Both the position numbers and the translations under genes were made by a program. Positions 12,770 to 26,469 of a stretch of 64,000 bases of DNA are shown here, in pieces (position 1 is the first letter of the stretch; each line of letters starts with the position of its first letter). The DNA is from Isurus oxyrinchus (lineage: Eukaryota). Location of the stretch: positions 32,798,001 through 32,862,000 of the forward strand of contig JANJGN010000026.1 in assembly GCA_026770705.1 (NCBI GenBank), given 5' to 3'. The notes below the pieces were generated by a model that saw nothing but the letters and a program-made list of their open reading frames with translations, ran no database searches and was not told where the DNA came from.

Positions 12770-14100
12770 TGATTGTGGCCTCAACGTCACTTTCCTGTCT
12801 GCCTCCTATAACCTTTGACCCCCTTGTAGATCAAAAACATTTCCAACTCAGGCTTGAATACGTGCAATAATACAGCCTCTACTCCTCGCTGCGCAGGAAA
12901 CTATAAAAAAAAACGCCTCTGAGAGAGGAGATTTCTGCACAACTCTGTTAAATTGGAGACTTCTAATTTTGACTTGTGCCCACGGTTCCCGCTTCCCCAA
13001 TCTCAACATTTATTATCTGAACCCCGCTTAGTACTGCATTTGCTTCCAAAATATCACCTCTCACTCTTCTAAACTCTAATGTGTATAGGCTCAACCATGT
13101 CAACTTTTCATCGGAAGTCAACTCTTTGATCCCAGGAACAACCCTATTGAATCTTATCTGAACAGCCTCCATGCAGGTATAATCTTCCTTGAATAATGAC
13201 ACCAAAAATGTACAAGGTACCTTGAATGTGGTCTCATCAACTCCCTGTGCAATTGCAATATTCTACAACAACCTCTCCCTTGCTCACATTTTGTGACTTG
13301 TGTACGAGAACACCCAGATACCTCTGTACTGTGTCAGTCTGTAGTTTCTTGCCAGACATTCCGATTTTCTATTCATACAACCAATGTGGACAACTTCACT
13401 TTTACACATATTTGGCTAACGGTTAAGGTAGACAGTGATGTTTCCCAACGTTCAGTACTAAGGCCAGGGCCTTGTTATACGGAAATTTCATTGTATTGCA
13501 TTACTGAGTAAAATTTCCAAATTGGCCATTGCTACCAAATTTTGAAATGTGTCACAATTGACAATGATACAATAGGTTAGGTTAGCAATGGTTGGCAGAC
13601 AAGTAAGAGGGGAATTAAATGTGAAACATCTTAGTAGAAGGGTTAGGGAGAGGCAATACATACTAAATTGAAGAGTTCACAGGAACAGCGGGTCCTCCGG
13701 AGTCATATGGATAGATATTTGATTGTGGCAGGATATATCCAGAGAGGAGTTAGAAAGGCACAGTCGATCTTGGGCTTTCTTAATAAAGGCATTGAATGCA
13801 AAAGTCAGAAAATATGCTGAACCTTTAAATAGATTTGCTTGGGCCACAACTGGAGCATTGCGCCCAGTTCAGTTCATCACACTTTAGGAAGAATGTGAAG
13901 TTCCTGGAGATAGTGCAGGGAAAAATGATCAGAATGATTCCAGATTATGATTTCGAGCTCCACCATTCCTCTAATTTTAAAAGGAAATTTTATGGTGGTT
14001 GACAAAAATAAACACACAGAGCTAATGGGATAGAGCGGATATATGGTAATGATGGATTGATGGATAGGCCAGGACATGAGGTTGCAGATTGTGCTGGAAT
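12770..14100. mobile_element. Two degenerate CR1 LINE fragments (- ~12770-13390; + ~13410-14100)
   Basis: LYTLEFRRVRGDILE and LEHCAQF..SHFRKNV-like translations. Confidence 0.6.
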
Positions 14101-15425
14101 GCAATTCTGCTGCTCTTGAGGGCTCAAAGGTGCTTGAAGAAACCCAGTTTTTTTTGTAAGGTTGGGGGGAGGGGGGGGGGGCGGGTAGTGAAGACGTCTT
14201 AATGAAACAAACTATTCTCCTCTCCAGGGCCAGGTTTCAGCAATGTTAGGGTTATATTTGAGGAGTGATCAATGTTTACAAATCATGTTTGTTCAATTCG
14301 GTGAGCAGAAACTCCCAGTATCTAAAACCCCTTAATTGGCGTAAAAGAGGTGACATGAAATAAATTGTGCCTCTTATTGCGTCTGTTGGCAAGATTTCAA
14401 GATACCCTACTGTAGTCAGTGTCGGTTAGACAGTGTCAACACTTAATCAGGCATTTCGGGAAGCACGGCAAGAGCTTGGAACAGTCGGGAAGGCAGAATG
14501 CCAATGGAGAATTTCCTTCTTGAAGGCTTAACATTGTTGTGTAAATGATTCCTCACAACTGTTAGCACATTTGTTTGAAATACTTGAATGACCCATGTAA
14601 ATATAAATCGCCGAGTAATGTAGTGCACTTTTAGGAGTTCACTTGTGAACTTTACCGACCTGCAAATCTACCAGGGCACTTTACACTATCCTTCAGTATC
14701 CGCAGGAAGGAACTGGGACAGAACTGCCCTGTACCAGGGAGTCAAGGTGAAGATTCAGTGGAATGGGCCTCTAGTCTCAGAGTTTCGAAGCATGATAAGC
14801 AATCTCACTGAAAGTTTTCAATTTGTTTGGGAAATTGACAAGCAGACATCGAGAAGCTGTTTCTCCATCCAGATAGTGTGAAAACAAGGGTCATAGTTTC
14901 ACGGTAAGAAATGCGGGACTTGGATGATGAGGAAGTTATGCATTCAAGGAGTTGCCAATTTTTGGAATTCTCTATGCTAGCGGTTTGTGGGCATTCAGTA
15001 ACTGAGCATATTCAGGGTTGAGAATGATAGATTTTGGGGCACTAATGGAATCAGTGGATAAAAGGACGGAGCAGAATCCTGACTTTGATATAGAGGTTCA
15101 GTCACGATCGTATTAAATGAAGGGCAGGCTGGAGGAATTGCATGGCCCTCCCTACTCCTATTTCTTATGTCCCTAAGAAGAAATCTCTAAAGGTGGGCGG
15201 GACAGGATTGGAGGGAGTGGTTACACAAACCTAGCAATTTGAACCGGTTGTCGATTTTACATCAGCTACGATTTTCCTCACTTCACACATCAGTGAAACA
15301 GGATACAAACCGATGGCAGGTTGTTTAGAGCGCGTTAAACTTCGCTTTCCCAGACCATTTTCACCCCACATGTCAGGGGCGAAAAATGAAGAGATAAAAA
15401 TATACATTTTGGCTAGTAATCGAAA

Positions 15426-16343
15426 CTAAGACCTGTGACTTTCCGACTTTACTAACTTCACAATTAGATTCCTAAGATATTTTGCTGCATTCTTCAGCTC
15501 CTCTCTGAATTTTCTCTGGGTCATTAAATAGACACACATGTTGATGCAGCAGCTTAGGAGCTGAAGCATGTTTCCGCTTTCTTGGTGAATGAATTTGGGG
15601 TCATTGAAATTGGAACGTGCGAAATACGGTTCGTTTGTAATCTTCACATATAGGAAATTTACAACGTACGTTATCCACAACAGGATGAAGTTTCCCGAGA
15701 TGGTAAAGAGTAAAATGATTGACTTTCTCCGGTTCTCCATCACTGGATCACTCAGCTTCTTTCTGCTGCTGTGAGCCCATAGTCTCCTGCGAGCTCCACT
15801 GGCCACGAGGATGTGCCCGATGGTCAGAGCATTGAACAACATAATCAGGAGTAATAGCAGACCCGCATTTAAAATATGTGCAAACCAATCATAGCCTGTC
15901 CATGCGAGTGAAATTTGATTTTATATTACAAAACAACGGCACATTGTTCATCATATAGAGTGGTTCATACATAAAGTACCAAGCTACACTTTTTAAACAG
16001 CTTAACAGACAGACTGTCCCTCTAACCACAGTCACCACTCTCTCAGTGCAATAATTTGTTTTCAGCTTTTGGAAGTAAATGGCTATGTATCGATCAAAGG
16101 TGAAAGCGATGGTTAACCAGACAGAACTCTTCGTGACTGCGTAGATTAGGACCTTACTGAGAGTATATGCTGGAGTCATGGACATAAAACTAACGGGAAA
16201 ATAAATGCCAATGATCTGATTGAATATCACAGCGCTGACAACGACTAGGAGATCCGTCACTGCCATGGACACCAGCTACCGAGTGATGCCTTTGGAGAGA
16301 CCACACCTTCCTCGGGATAGGACCAGAATCGCCACCATGTTAA
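15426..16343 (-). pseudogene. GPR139/142-like class A GPCR pseudogene, exon 2
   Basis: Acceptor ctctcag| then VNMVAILVLSRGRCGLSKGITR*LVSMAVTDLL...FTFDRYIAI.... TAG at 16276-16278 and a frameshift near 15900. C-terminal ORF ...LQLLSCCINMCVY..TQRKFREEL. Confidence 0.9.
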
Positions 16344-17029
16344 CTGAGAGAAGAAACAAAATTAACATTGTAAAGTTCAAGCAGGGATGTGAACTTCACA
16401 GGCTTTTGATACATTGTCCTCTTTTTTCGAAGACAACCAAATCAATGAATAGTAGCTTTTCAATGTCACCTCTGTTTCAACATAAACAACACGGATAGGC
16501 TGCATTTATTTAGCTCCTTTAATGTAAGAAAGTGGCCCAAACGCTTCACAGGAGAGTGATACCCCAAAATCTGACATCCAACCACATAAGGAGATACGAT
16601 GTGAAATAATGAAAAAGAATGAGAATGAGATAGGTTGACGGGGCAGAGAGGCGGTATGTTTTAGGGAGTGAATTTCAGAGAGCATAGGACATAGCAGCTG
16701 AAGGCCTCAAGGTTACTTGTAATATTTGGCACTCAACTTTTCGATATTGCATCATTTAAAGGGCATTTCCTCTAAATACAGTAGACATATTAATCATCTT
16801 TCTGCTGTTGAAAGGTACACTGTGACATCATTTAAGTTGGCTCATTAGGATTCCACGGAAGGATGTTTAGGAAGCAGGATGTGTCAGGTGAATGCAATTG
16901 GAGAAATACTAAATGGTTTGTGTCTGATATGCTGCTAGTTTGGAGAGGACATGTCTACGTTTCCACATTTCCCATTCTGTTGAGGTGTGATGTTTATTGC
17001 CTCACACTGAAATGCTAAATAACTTAGTC

Positions 17030-17450
17030 TTATATTGTCAGGGATTTAGAAGAATAAGAGGTAATCTCATGGAAGCAAACACTATTCTCAAGGAGTTTGA
17101 TGTGATAGTTATGGGGAGGTTTTTCCTGCTGGCTGCAAAAACTAAACCACCAGGGAACACCCTCGGGATAAGAAAGCGATCATTTAGGACGGAGATCAGC
17201 AGAAATTTCTTCATCCAAAGGCTTGTGCATTTTTGGAATGCTACACTCAGATGTCTGTGGATATTTCATTGTTGAGAATGTTTCAGCTTTGGATAGACGG
17301 ATTTTTGGCGTCTCAGGGAATCAAATAATATGTGGACCGGGCGGAAAGTGGATTGAAGCCCAGGATCAGCCATGAATGCATTTAACGGAGGAGCTGGCTC
17401 GACGTGCCAGATGGTCTTCTGCTGCTTCTATCTCTGGTGTTCTTGTGCAA
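17030..17450 (+). mobile_element. CR1 LINE 3' fragment in the GPCR pseudogene intron
   Basis: FRRIRGNLME...FRTEISRNFFIQRLV..WN translation and CR1 3' UTR. Confidence 0.7.
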
Positions 17451-18260
17451 TAACCTGTCTGATCTTCCTGAAAAAAGTTAATAACACCACAGCGAGAATG
17501 GAGCCATATGTAAATCTCCAGCTTCAAGAGCACATGGCCACATATATATGGCATTACAATGATCCGAGCAGGTCATCTCACATCGCCCATCTAGACAATT
17601 AAATCAAATAACTTTCAGTAATTGTTTGGTGCTCAGTGCTGAGAAGTCCCCTGGATTGGATCAGAGACCTCAGATCCTGGTGACTATGCTACCTCTAAGT
17701 GTGGATGCATGACATACTTTAACGTTCTAAAGACATTAATTAAATCAACAAATTGGTTTATTGCTGGTGTTCAAGCTGATATAATTTGCGTTAAACTAAT
17801 AAAAATGGGGCGATTTTCATGTATACCACTTGTCTTTAGAGGGCATCAAAATGGGAGCGATAATTTTCAGGCCCTGTGACACCAATGAAGATGCGGGGCT
17901 ACAATTCAAGGCCCAGAGCAATCATTACTTAAGATAATCAAAAGCCGTTAGACTGCGCACCAGATGGAACCAGCATTATGTCCGGAGTTCTTCCCCCACT
18001 CTTCACCCCCAAAAGGCAATTCAATGCCTCTAGGAAGTCAAACTAAATATTGGCATTGAAGTTGTTCTTTGGGTCAATGCACATTGAATGAAGTAAAAAT
18101 CCAGCAAGGTTTGAAGTTTGCTGGGAATCTCGCTAACTCTGGGCTACAGGAAAGAATAATTTTATCCCTGACATTTGCCTTCACTCGGTGAATTCTGGCA
18201 TTTGACTGACTGAATTATGGAGTGTGCCAATTGGTTGCCTGTAACTGCAATGAATATAGG

Positions 18261-20028
18261 GTTACTATGGTGGCTTTTCAACAAAACTATTAATTCAGAA
18301 ACCTTGGGCGAATGTTTCGGGGCATACAAATATACAAATCAGGCCATTCGGCCCTTCTCGCCTGCTTGACCATTCAATAAGGTCATGGCTGATCTGATTA
18401 TTTCCTCAACTCCACATTCCCCCCTGCCCCCGATTTCCTTTCAATCCCATGGGGCAGAAACCGCTTTTGGACTGGAGATCCCCAGGGCGTCAAACGAATA
18501 TCCCAATGCAGTTTCCCGATTTTACACCTCGCCAACATTGGGAACGTTTGGTTCTATGTGAATTTCCCATTCATCACGTTTCACCTCGCACTGAATGGAA
18601 TGCAAATTTTGCAGCTTATTGGCACATATATAAACACTGCTTATCACTAAAACCTTATCATGATCATTTAGAGCTGCACATAATGACAGACACATTGAAT
18701 CTGCCCATTGTTCATTTAACCGCAGGTAGCTGCTCATGTGTTCAGCTGTATGTTTGTTCCAGTGGTGCACGGCTCAGCACAATGCCTGACTCTCAAATTA
18801 ACAGCGGATTAAATTTATCTTTCAGTTCCCGGAACTCTGGTGAGCACTCCAGTCCCTCCTATGCCCAGGTCCTTTTTATTTATTAATTCAAAGGGTTTAG
18901 GCGACATTGGAGCACCAGCATTTGTCCATCACTAATTGTCTTTCAGAGGGTGGTGGCGAGCCGCCACTTACCGATTGAGTGGTTTTCTGGGTCTTTTAAG
19001 AAGGCGGTTAATGTTCAACCACATTCCCGTCGATCTGGGCTGGAGTAGATTTCCTTTCCTGAAAGACGTTCGTGAACTTGGTAGGGTTTATTGTGATGAT
19101 CTGGTAGTTTACTGATCAATATTCCTGATACAACAACTTTATTCCAAATGTATTTATTATCTCTATTTAAAGTAAGTAGTAGAATTGGAACTCAGGTCTC
19201 CGGGTCATTGTTTCAGGCCTCTGGATTATTAATCCAGTGACGCAACCATGAGTTTGCGTTCACAGAATATAACCTGAATACAACCCATGAGAGATCTATA
19301 TTAAATTGTAAATTCCTTTGCTCGGCCTCAACAATATTACTTCAAAACGTCTGATCTCGGTTATCTAACGGGAATTTTGTTATGTATGAAGCAAAACAAC
19401 AGCATTTCCTTCATCCCTCAACCAGCTTTGGCCAGAGAAAATGTTTCAGAACACAGAATAGTAAAACCACCCATTAGAACAAAGTTGCTGCACCTCAGTA
19501 GGAGTCGTTCCAGCAAGTAAATACTCATCTGGTTTCCTCATGAAAGTGACAAAGAACTGAAAGGTAATTACTTATGTTAAATTACTCGGTAAAAATAATG
19601 ATTGAGTTTGTAATTAGAAACATTTGACGACAGTGATTCTTCTGATCCGATCTCCGCATTCATTTTCAGGCTGAATTTAATTCATAACTTCAGGGCTTTC
19701 GTTATAACAGAAAACCCACACTGAGACAAATTAAATGGCAATTTTAACGCAGACTGGGAAATAATAATTGATGGGCGTAATGTAAAGGAGCCCAAACTCA
19801 AAGGGAAGATTACTATAGTGGCTGTGCCACTGAACTATTAATTCAGTAGCCTTGGGTGAATGTTTCAAGGACATCGAAACATACGAATCAGGAGCAGAGG
19901 CAGGTCATGCGGTCCCTCTAGCCTGCTTTGCCATTGAATAAGATCATGGCTGATCTGATTATGGCCTCAATTCCACATTCCCTATATCCTTTGACTCCCA
20001 TGGGGCAGGAACCGTTTTTGGGCTGGAT
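18261..20028. repeat. Diverged ~220-bp direct repeat pair (18261-18478 and 19809-20028)
   Basis: Shared AACTATTAATTCAG...CCTTGGG.GAATGTTTC...CATGGCTGATCTGATTAT...CCCATGGGGCAG.AACCG.TTTTGG. Confidence 0.65.
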
Positions 20029-20705
20029 CGAATGAGCCGCCTGTTACACACTCGCTCCGATTTCTACTGCCCTGATGTCAATGGGACAGAGAACTGGATC
20101 GAGTGTAAAGCTGGCAGCAAGATTGCTAAAAAATTCAAGACCAATTTCACCCTTCAATCATTTCAAGCAGGTGAAGCTTATCTTCAAGCGGAAGTGTGAA
20201 ATGGCTGATAATGAACCTGCAGCTCATTCCACATTCCTCCAGAATTGTAATTCACCTGAAAACAACGGATCCATAATTCAAGGCAGATATTACACCGGCA
20301 ATCGCCATTTTTAGACTATCACAAATTCAAAATCTACCCAAAGTTGGCATCGTTGGAAATGTATTCTTAAGCTTTTCACTTGTATAGAAGAATAGCCATG
20401 AACTATAGGTTTTGAAAAGGTTACCAGAATATTACCTTTTAGAAATCAATCAAGCAACCTACAAAGCCTCGGCATAGGATGGTGTAAAGGCATAGATGCA
20501 AAGTTTTGGGTGTTTCAGAGACTTCATTATTAATGCTTGAGTTTGAAACAAAGAAATATTAAAGCGATGGAAAGTTAGTGTACCCCTGAGAAAATGAGTT
20601 TAAAGAAATAACTGGAGATGACTAAGTCACATTGTTAATTGGCAATGACAGAACCGGCTTCATAAACAGTGATTTGTCCAATCAATGATTTGCCCAAAGA
20701 CATAC

Positions 20706-20775
20706 CCGGAATTCCAATAGCAGCAAGAATTGGATAGAAAATGGCATAAACTACACCAGATATTCGGCTGTGCAT
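20706..20775 (-). pseudogene. GPR139/142-like GPCR pseudogene, exon 1
   Basis: ATG at 20775, MHSRISGVVYAIFYPILAAIGIP+G, donor GTATG. 70 nt, phase 1, matches exon 2 at 16343. Confidence 0.9.
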
Positions 20776-23074
20776 TTTCTTTGAGACGAGATGGTCTCTG
20801 CCCGTGATAGTTGATCACAGAGATTCTCTGTGATAAGCTCAAACAGATCCTCGCTTATACTGTTGGAATTCTCCAGGGAAACAATTAGCTTCCATAATTA
20901 TTTACAGTTACCTGAACAAATAGATTCAGTATTTATTTTCCATGTTCTTTTTTGGACGTGGTAGAATGTTGCGAGACACTAGGGAGATGATTATCGAGTC
21001 TTGGTGTCATATGCAGCCCAGTGTAGTTTTCAATGTAACTTGTTAATACTCGGGCAGGTCTAAAGTAGGCTTAGTCATATGGAACGTTCATTTATGGGAG
21101 ACATTGAAAGAAACATTGTTAGCCATTAGGCCGAAGACAGCATAGCTCAGTGACATGAGACCAGCTAAGAATCAGAATGACAGTCAGAGTCAAATACTGC
21201 TGAATGTATTGAAATAATAGCAGTTAGACTCACGCACAACATATAGGATCCCCACACTACGCACGTTATACCCACAGAATGCAAGTTATGCCAGCATTAG
21301 CCAACGAATATCCACACAACTCTAAGCGTAATCTCACAACAACAACAACGTGCATTCACACACATTTAACATGTATTATAACATTTTAAAACATTTTAAA
21401 TGTTACAAAGCACCTCCCACGGGGACAACAAAACAAAAGTGGGATTAAGTCATGTAAGGAAATATTCGGATATTTTTGTACCAGTCTTAGGCCCCTTGAT
21501 TATGATGCTATGCTCTTTCTCTGTGAATGTTTTAATGGATCCCCATTATTAGCCACTTCTTCCTTGGTTATTACACAGGGCTCTGTCTCTGTCAGCATTC
21601 ACCAGGCCTTATTTTTAATTGTTTTCCCAAGTCCATTTGCTTTGCTTTATGAGGATACAGGGATAAGAAAAGATCCAGATTGTGTTTATTACAACAACAT
21701 TGCATTGAATTGGTGGCATGTACTCCTCTATTTTACGTGTTGACTGTAAGAAATTGTTTTTAGCTATTCAAAACAAATAATTGATATTTAGCCACCTTAC
21801 TGAATCAATGCATTAAAAAATGTAACTTTCTTCCGATCCATATTTCAACCACTATTCATTCCTCCTAAATACTAAAACTTAGCGAAATATGCAGGGCGCC
21901 TTTATCAACTGCAGTTGGGCCGCTCTTTCAAGATCCGGGTCAAGAGTTACGCGATTTTCCAGCTGGGTGACCCCCTGACCCCGAATCAATGGGAGAAAGA
22001 GCCAATCACCGTGCTGTTTTCGTGCTGACAAGACTTTGCCTTGAGCCATTTGAAACCGGCGGCCATGTTTGTGTGACGCAGAGTCGGCCCTGTGTGTGTG
22101 TGTGTGAGACAAGCAGGCTGTGCATACCTGACTTGTTTCTGGATTACAAAACCCGATTTATACGAACGATGACTTCAAACTAAACATTCGGTCTGAATGG
22201 AGAAAACCGATGGATTTGCACAGCCGCGAATGTGCGGACAATTCTCGCAGAGTGCCGGTCGCACTCCCTGTGTGGCAGAGAGAGGGCGTTCCCAGTCGCA
22301 TTGAGTTGCTGGAGCTGCAGCATTACACGGCCCAATCACCAAGGAAATGAACCGAAACCCAATCTCCTGTTCTTCCTCCCTACCCTTCCACCAATGGAAA
22401 CAGTTTATTTTGATCTACTCGGCCCAGACCGACATAATTTTGAACACCTCTATCAGATCTACCCTAAGCCTTCCATTCTCCATGGAGAACAAGCATAGTT
22501 TTCCCGATCAATTCAATTAATTGAAGTTCTGCATCCCTGGGACGATTCTGGTAAACTTCTCTGCGCCCTTTCTAAACCATTCACACCCTTCCTGAAGTGC
22601 GATGCCCGGAAGTGGACACAATGCTCCAGCTGAGGTGAAACCAGTGCTTTCCAGAGGATCAGTAACATTTCCTTTCTTTTGGACTCTATGCCGCTGTTAC
22701 GAAGCCGATGGTCTCGGAGGTTTTAACATCACTTTCTCAGGCTGCCCGGCAATTCACCCATTTATGCCCTATTACTGCACATCGCCTTTGTGAAGAATGG
22801 ATAATTGAACGAATTATTTTAGCAGGAATATTGTAGGCGGTTCCAAGTATAAACAAAATTAAAGGCTCCGAGGAGCCAGAAGGAATGTGCGAACTTGATG
22901 GGTTTGACGGCTTTATTCTGTGCGACAAAATTATAAGATCAATTGCCAATACATTCGTGGAGATTAGATAATTCCCTCCACCCACCCCCCCCCCCCCCCC
23001 CCCCCACCACCGCCAGCTCCCTCCCGCCCCCCGCAAACCCCTTAATCCCGGAAATTGTCAAGAATTTGAACTAG

Positions 23075-23591
23075 CTCCGTGCTCTGTATCACTGTGTGTC
23101 TGTAATCCCTCCATGTTCAGGTTTTTGTTCAGCTCCTTCCTTGCTCAGTATCACTATGTCTGTAATCCCTTCATGTTCAGGTTTTTGTTCAGCTCTCCGC
23201 GTGCTCTGTATCACTGTGTGTTTGTAATCCCACCATATTCAGGTTTTTGTACAGCTCTCTCCGTGCTCTGTTTCACTGTGTGTCTGCAATCCCACCATGT
23301 TCAGGTTTTTGTACAGCTCTTTCCGTGCTCTGTATCACTGTGCGTCTGTAATACCACGATGTTCATGGCTTTTGTAGAGCTTTCTCCGTGCTCTGTATCA
23401 CTGTGTGTCTGTAATCCCACCATGTTCATGTTTATGTGCAGCTCTCTCCGTGCTCTGTATCACTGTGTTTCTGTAATCCCACCATGTTCAGGTTTTTGTA
23501 CAGCTCTCTCCCTGCTCTCTATCACTGTCTGTCTGTAATCAAACCATGTTCAGGTTTTTGTACAGCTTTCTCCGTGCTCTGTATCACTGTG
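23075..23591 (-). repeat. Tandem array of ~62-bp units, each containing a 23-RSS (9 heptamers, 8 complete RSS)
   Basis: Unit on - strand: CACAGTG-ATACAGAGCACGGAGAGAGCTGT-ACAAAAACC-TGAACATGGTGGGATTACAGACA. Heptamers start at + coordinates 23090, 23152, 23212, 23274, 23336, 23399, 23461, 23523, 23585. Confidence 0.95.
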
Positions 23592-23889
23592 CTGTGCGGC
23601 GACTCAGTGCACAGTAATACACTGCGGAGTCATTCAGTTGTAGTTTGAAGATCTTTAACCGCTCGACTTTCTCGGCAGGGTCGATAGAAGCAGAAATTCT
23701 CCCCCCAGCAACTTGTTTTTATTCTCCTCTCCTGAAATGTGTCTCTGAAGCAGATATTCCGGAGCCTGTCCGGGGGACTGACGGTACCAGTGTACTGTGT
23801 ACTGCCAGAACCCTGAATATTCACAGCTTAAAGTAAATGTGTCACCGGCAGCAGAGATTTGTACAGGCGAATTCCGGGAAACTACGGAA
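23592..23889 (-). pseudogene. NAR-TCR supporting V-delta (leaderless), frameshifted
   Basis: VSRNSPVQISAAGDTFTLSCEYSGFWQYTVHWYRQSPGQAPEYLLQRHISGEENKN/fs/VAGGRISASIDPAEKVERLKIFKLQLNDSAVYYCALSRRT. Acceptor AG at 23890-91, or in frame at 23882-83. No leader recognised between it and the J. Perfect RSS 23553-23591. Confidence 0.9.
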
Positions 23890-24499
23890 CTGGAATCGGG
23901 AGGATTAAAAAAAATGAAAATTATCGTTTTGCTTAACCACTGTTTGTCCAGTTGAATTCAATCGCGTGAATAGCTCTGCTTTTTGCAGTAATTTTATTTG
24001 CTGGAAGCTTGTTTGAACGGTGTTCACTGTTATTGAACTATGATCAAGTGGGAAATGAGGTGATAATTTATTTTACATGGCGAACACTTCCGATCAGGAC
24101 TTCACTATATGAATTGGTGTTGGGAACAGATTCCATCGTAACTTTCAAACGGGAATTTCTCTCTGCCTTTTGCTCTATTTCTCTATGTTCTATCAACAGG
24201 GTCCTATTTTCTCCGGTTCAGCTTAAGTTCAAATGTGTACAATTAATTTCATTTTATTTCTTTAATTTCACATTCCCTGTAGTTCACATGTTTTTCTGCT
24301 GTTTACGCTTTTTGCAATTGTGGGAACTTATCCCAAAGTCTCTCAGTTGTTGGTTAGGCTCAGTCTGTTCAGTTTCTGTTTTTGGTTTTGGTGTTACTCA
24401 CTGTGAACTGCCTCTTTCGGCTCTCTGACAATTTCAATTCCTTCCGCCCATTGGTTGATTCTCTCCCGGGTTCACTGGGTGGAGCTTTCTCTTCGTTTT

Positions 24500-25500
24500 C
24501 CATTATGTAGGAAGAAGAATGCGGAAGAGAAATGGGCCATCCGACCTGCGTACATACTCAATTCCAACCTGACCCAACCGGAATAACTGACCATTTCCAT
24601 CCAGCTCCCTGTGTCGTCTGTTCCGTTCTCCCACCTGTATTTTCAATTGTTCCAAAAATATATCAATACTATCTCCAACCTCTCCTTGTGGCAGCAAGTT
24701 CCACATTCTGACAGCCTTTGTTTAAATTCATCTGTCTTAAATGTTTTATTTGTTCTGTTAATAACTGTCATATGTTGACAGCTATTGCTTTGGACTCAGC
24801 CACAAATGAACAATTTTCCACACTGAAACCGTTCATTCTTGAAAATATTTCTATAGATTCTCCTCGTGGTTCTGTTTTCCAGAAAAAAGAGACCCAGCCT
24901 GTTCATTCTTCCCAGAGAGATGTGGATTGTTGCTGATTTCTTTCCTCAGGAGTGTAAGACATAAAAGCAGAGAATTCAATCGATAGAAGCAGGAGCTGCC
25001 GCATCGCCTTTCAAAGCTGCTCAGCCATTCAGTAAAATCCTGGCTGACTTACAACCTCAACGACACATTCCCGCGTTCTCGCCATATCGCTGATCCTTTT
25101 AGTGCCCGAAAGCCAATCGAATATTGTCTTGCACAGACACAGATACCGAATACCCACAAAATGAATGCCACAGATTCACAACAATGGTTCTACTGAAGAT
25201 ATTTTTCTTCCTCAGTTCTAATGGATGACTCTTTATTTTGAAGCTGTGACCCTGAGTTCTATACTGCTCAGTCTGGGGAGACACCGACCCAGAATCTGCC
25301 CTGTCAAAGCTCTTTAGAATATTACATGTTTTCATGAGATCACCTCTCATTCTTCTAAACCCGACGAAATATAGACCGAGACGACTCAATCTCGTCCTAT
25401 TGGACAATCCCTTCATCTCAGGAATCAGTCTAATGAACCTTTATTGCACTCCTTCCAATGCGGATTGATCTCTCTTCTGCAAGGAAACCAAAACTTTACA
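24500..25500 (-). mobile_element. CR1 LINE fragments in the J to V-delta intron
   Basis: RLSRLGLYFVGFRRMRGDLMKT...VVNLW and WNLLPQ translations. Confidence 0.7.
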
Positions 25501-26417
25501 CAGCATTCCGGACTGGAGTCCACTTCAGCCCTTCCCTCCATAAAACTCAATCGACACCCTGGGGTCGGATTGGACTTTGAAAGGCGCCCAGAAATCATCC
25601 AATCCTTCTCTCACTTTCGATTAATTATTTCTTGCTGTTTCTAAATGAACATTCCCCCAGTTTATAATTGTTCCCTTTTGTTCTTGTTCTCCTGTATGAG
25701 ATTAATGCATATCCTCCATCTCTCATTGTTTTAATTCACAGTAATCAGAGATACAGATAAATTACAGCAATACCGTCTCTCAAATATCAGGACTCAAAAT
25801 AGAGAAATGCTGCATTTCCAAACTTCCGCATTTATGTCTGAGGACGGAAAAGGAGGAAAGTGATTGGTTATATGAAATAACTTGAAATAAATGGCGGGGA
25901 CAATGTCACTAATTTCAGTCACTGATTGTCCAATAATAATATTCCATGTGGGCCCATATCAGGATCTCATATATCGAAATCCGATGCATAATGTTCCTGC
26001 TTTTCTTCCGGGTCAGGTATTGAACTGGCCGCTGCAGGTTTCCGAACTGGCCGCAGTTGTGTTGAGTTTATTCACCTGGTGCTTCATTCACATTGCGCGG
26101 CTCGGACTACAATATGCTGCCCAGGAGAGAGCTCTGTGACCCCGTTCCCGGGCTCTAAGGGACAGACAGAGCTCCCTCAGTCACCGTTAACACCGGTGGT
26201 GAAGTCCAAATTGGCGACAATCTACGCTCATTAAAAGCGATTCAGAGTGTGAGAGTCCGTGAAGTTGTTAGTGTCCCCGATGTGTCTGTTAAGCAAATAA
26301 TGGATCAAAGTCCGTCAACTCCCACATCCCACCCAATCTCCACTGATATCAATAATAAACTGACGGGGAACATTACCCGGGACAGTCAGTAACCCAGCGG
26401 GGTTTGGAGTCACTTAC

Positions 26418-26469
26418 CGGCTGTGGCAGTCACCATCGTCCCGGGTCCATCCACATCTTTATAACTCAC
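26418..26469 (-). other. NAR-TCR J segment
   Basis: VSYKDVDGPGTMVTATA+G (GxG motif), donor GTAAGT. 5' RSS (read on +) CACAGTA-23-ACAACAGTC at 26470-26508. Confidence 0.85.

Noticed and set aside
23113-23538. 141-aa ORF
   Set aside because: Translation of the RSS tandem repeat on the opposite strand, not a gene.
23075-23591. CRISPR array, or an array of D segments
   Set aside because: Linkers are copies of each other rather than unique spacers, and there are no cas genes. The G-rich linkers (GGTGGGATTAC) look D-like but have no 5' 12-RSS.
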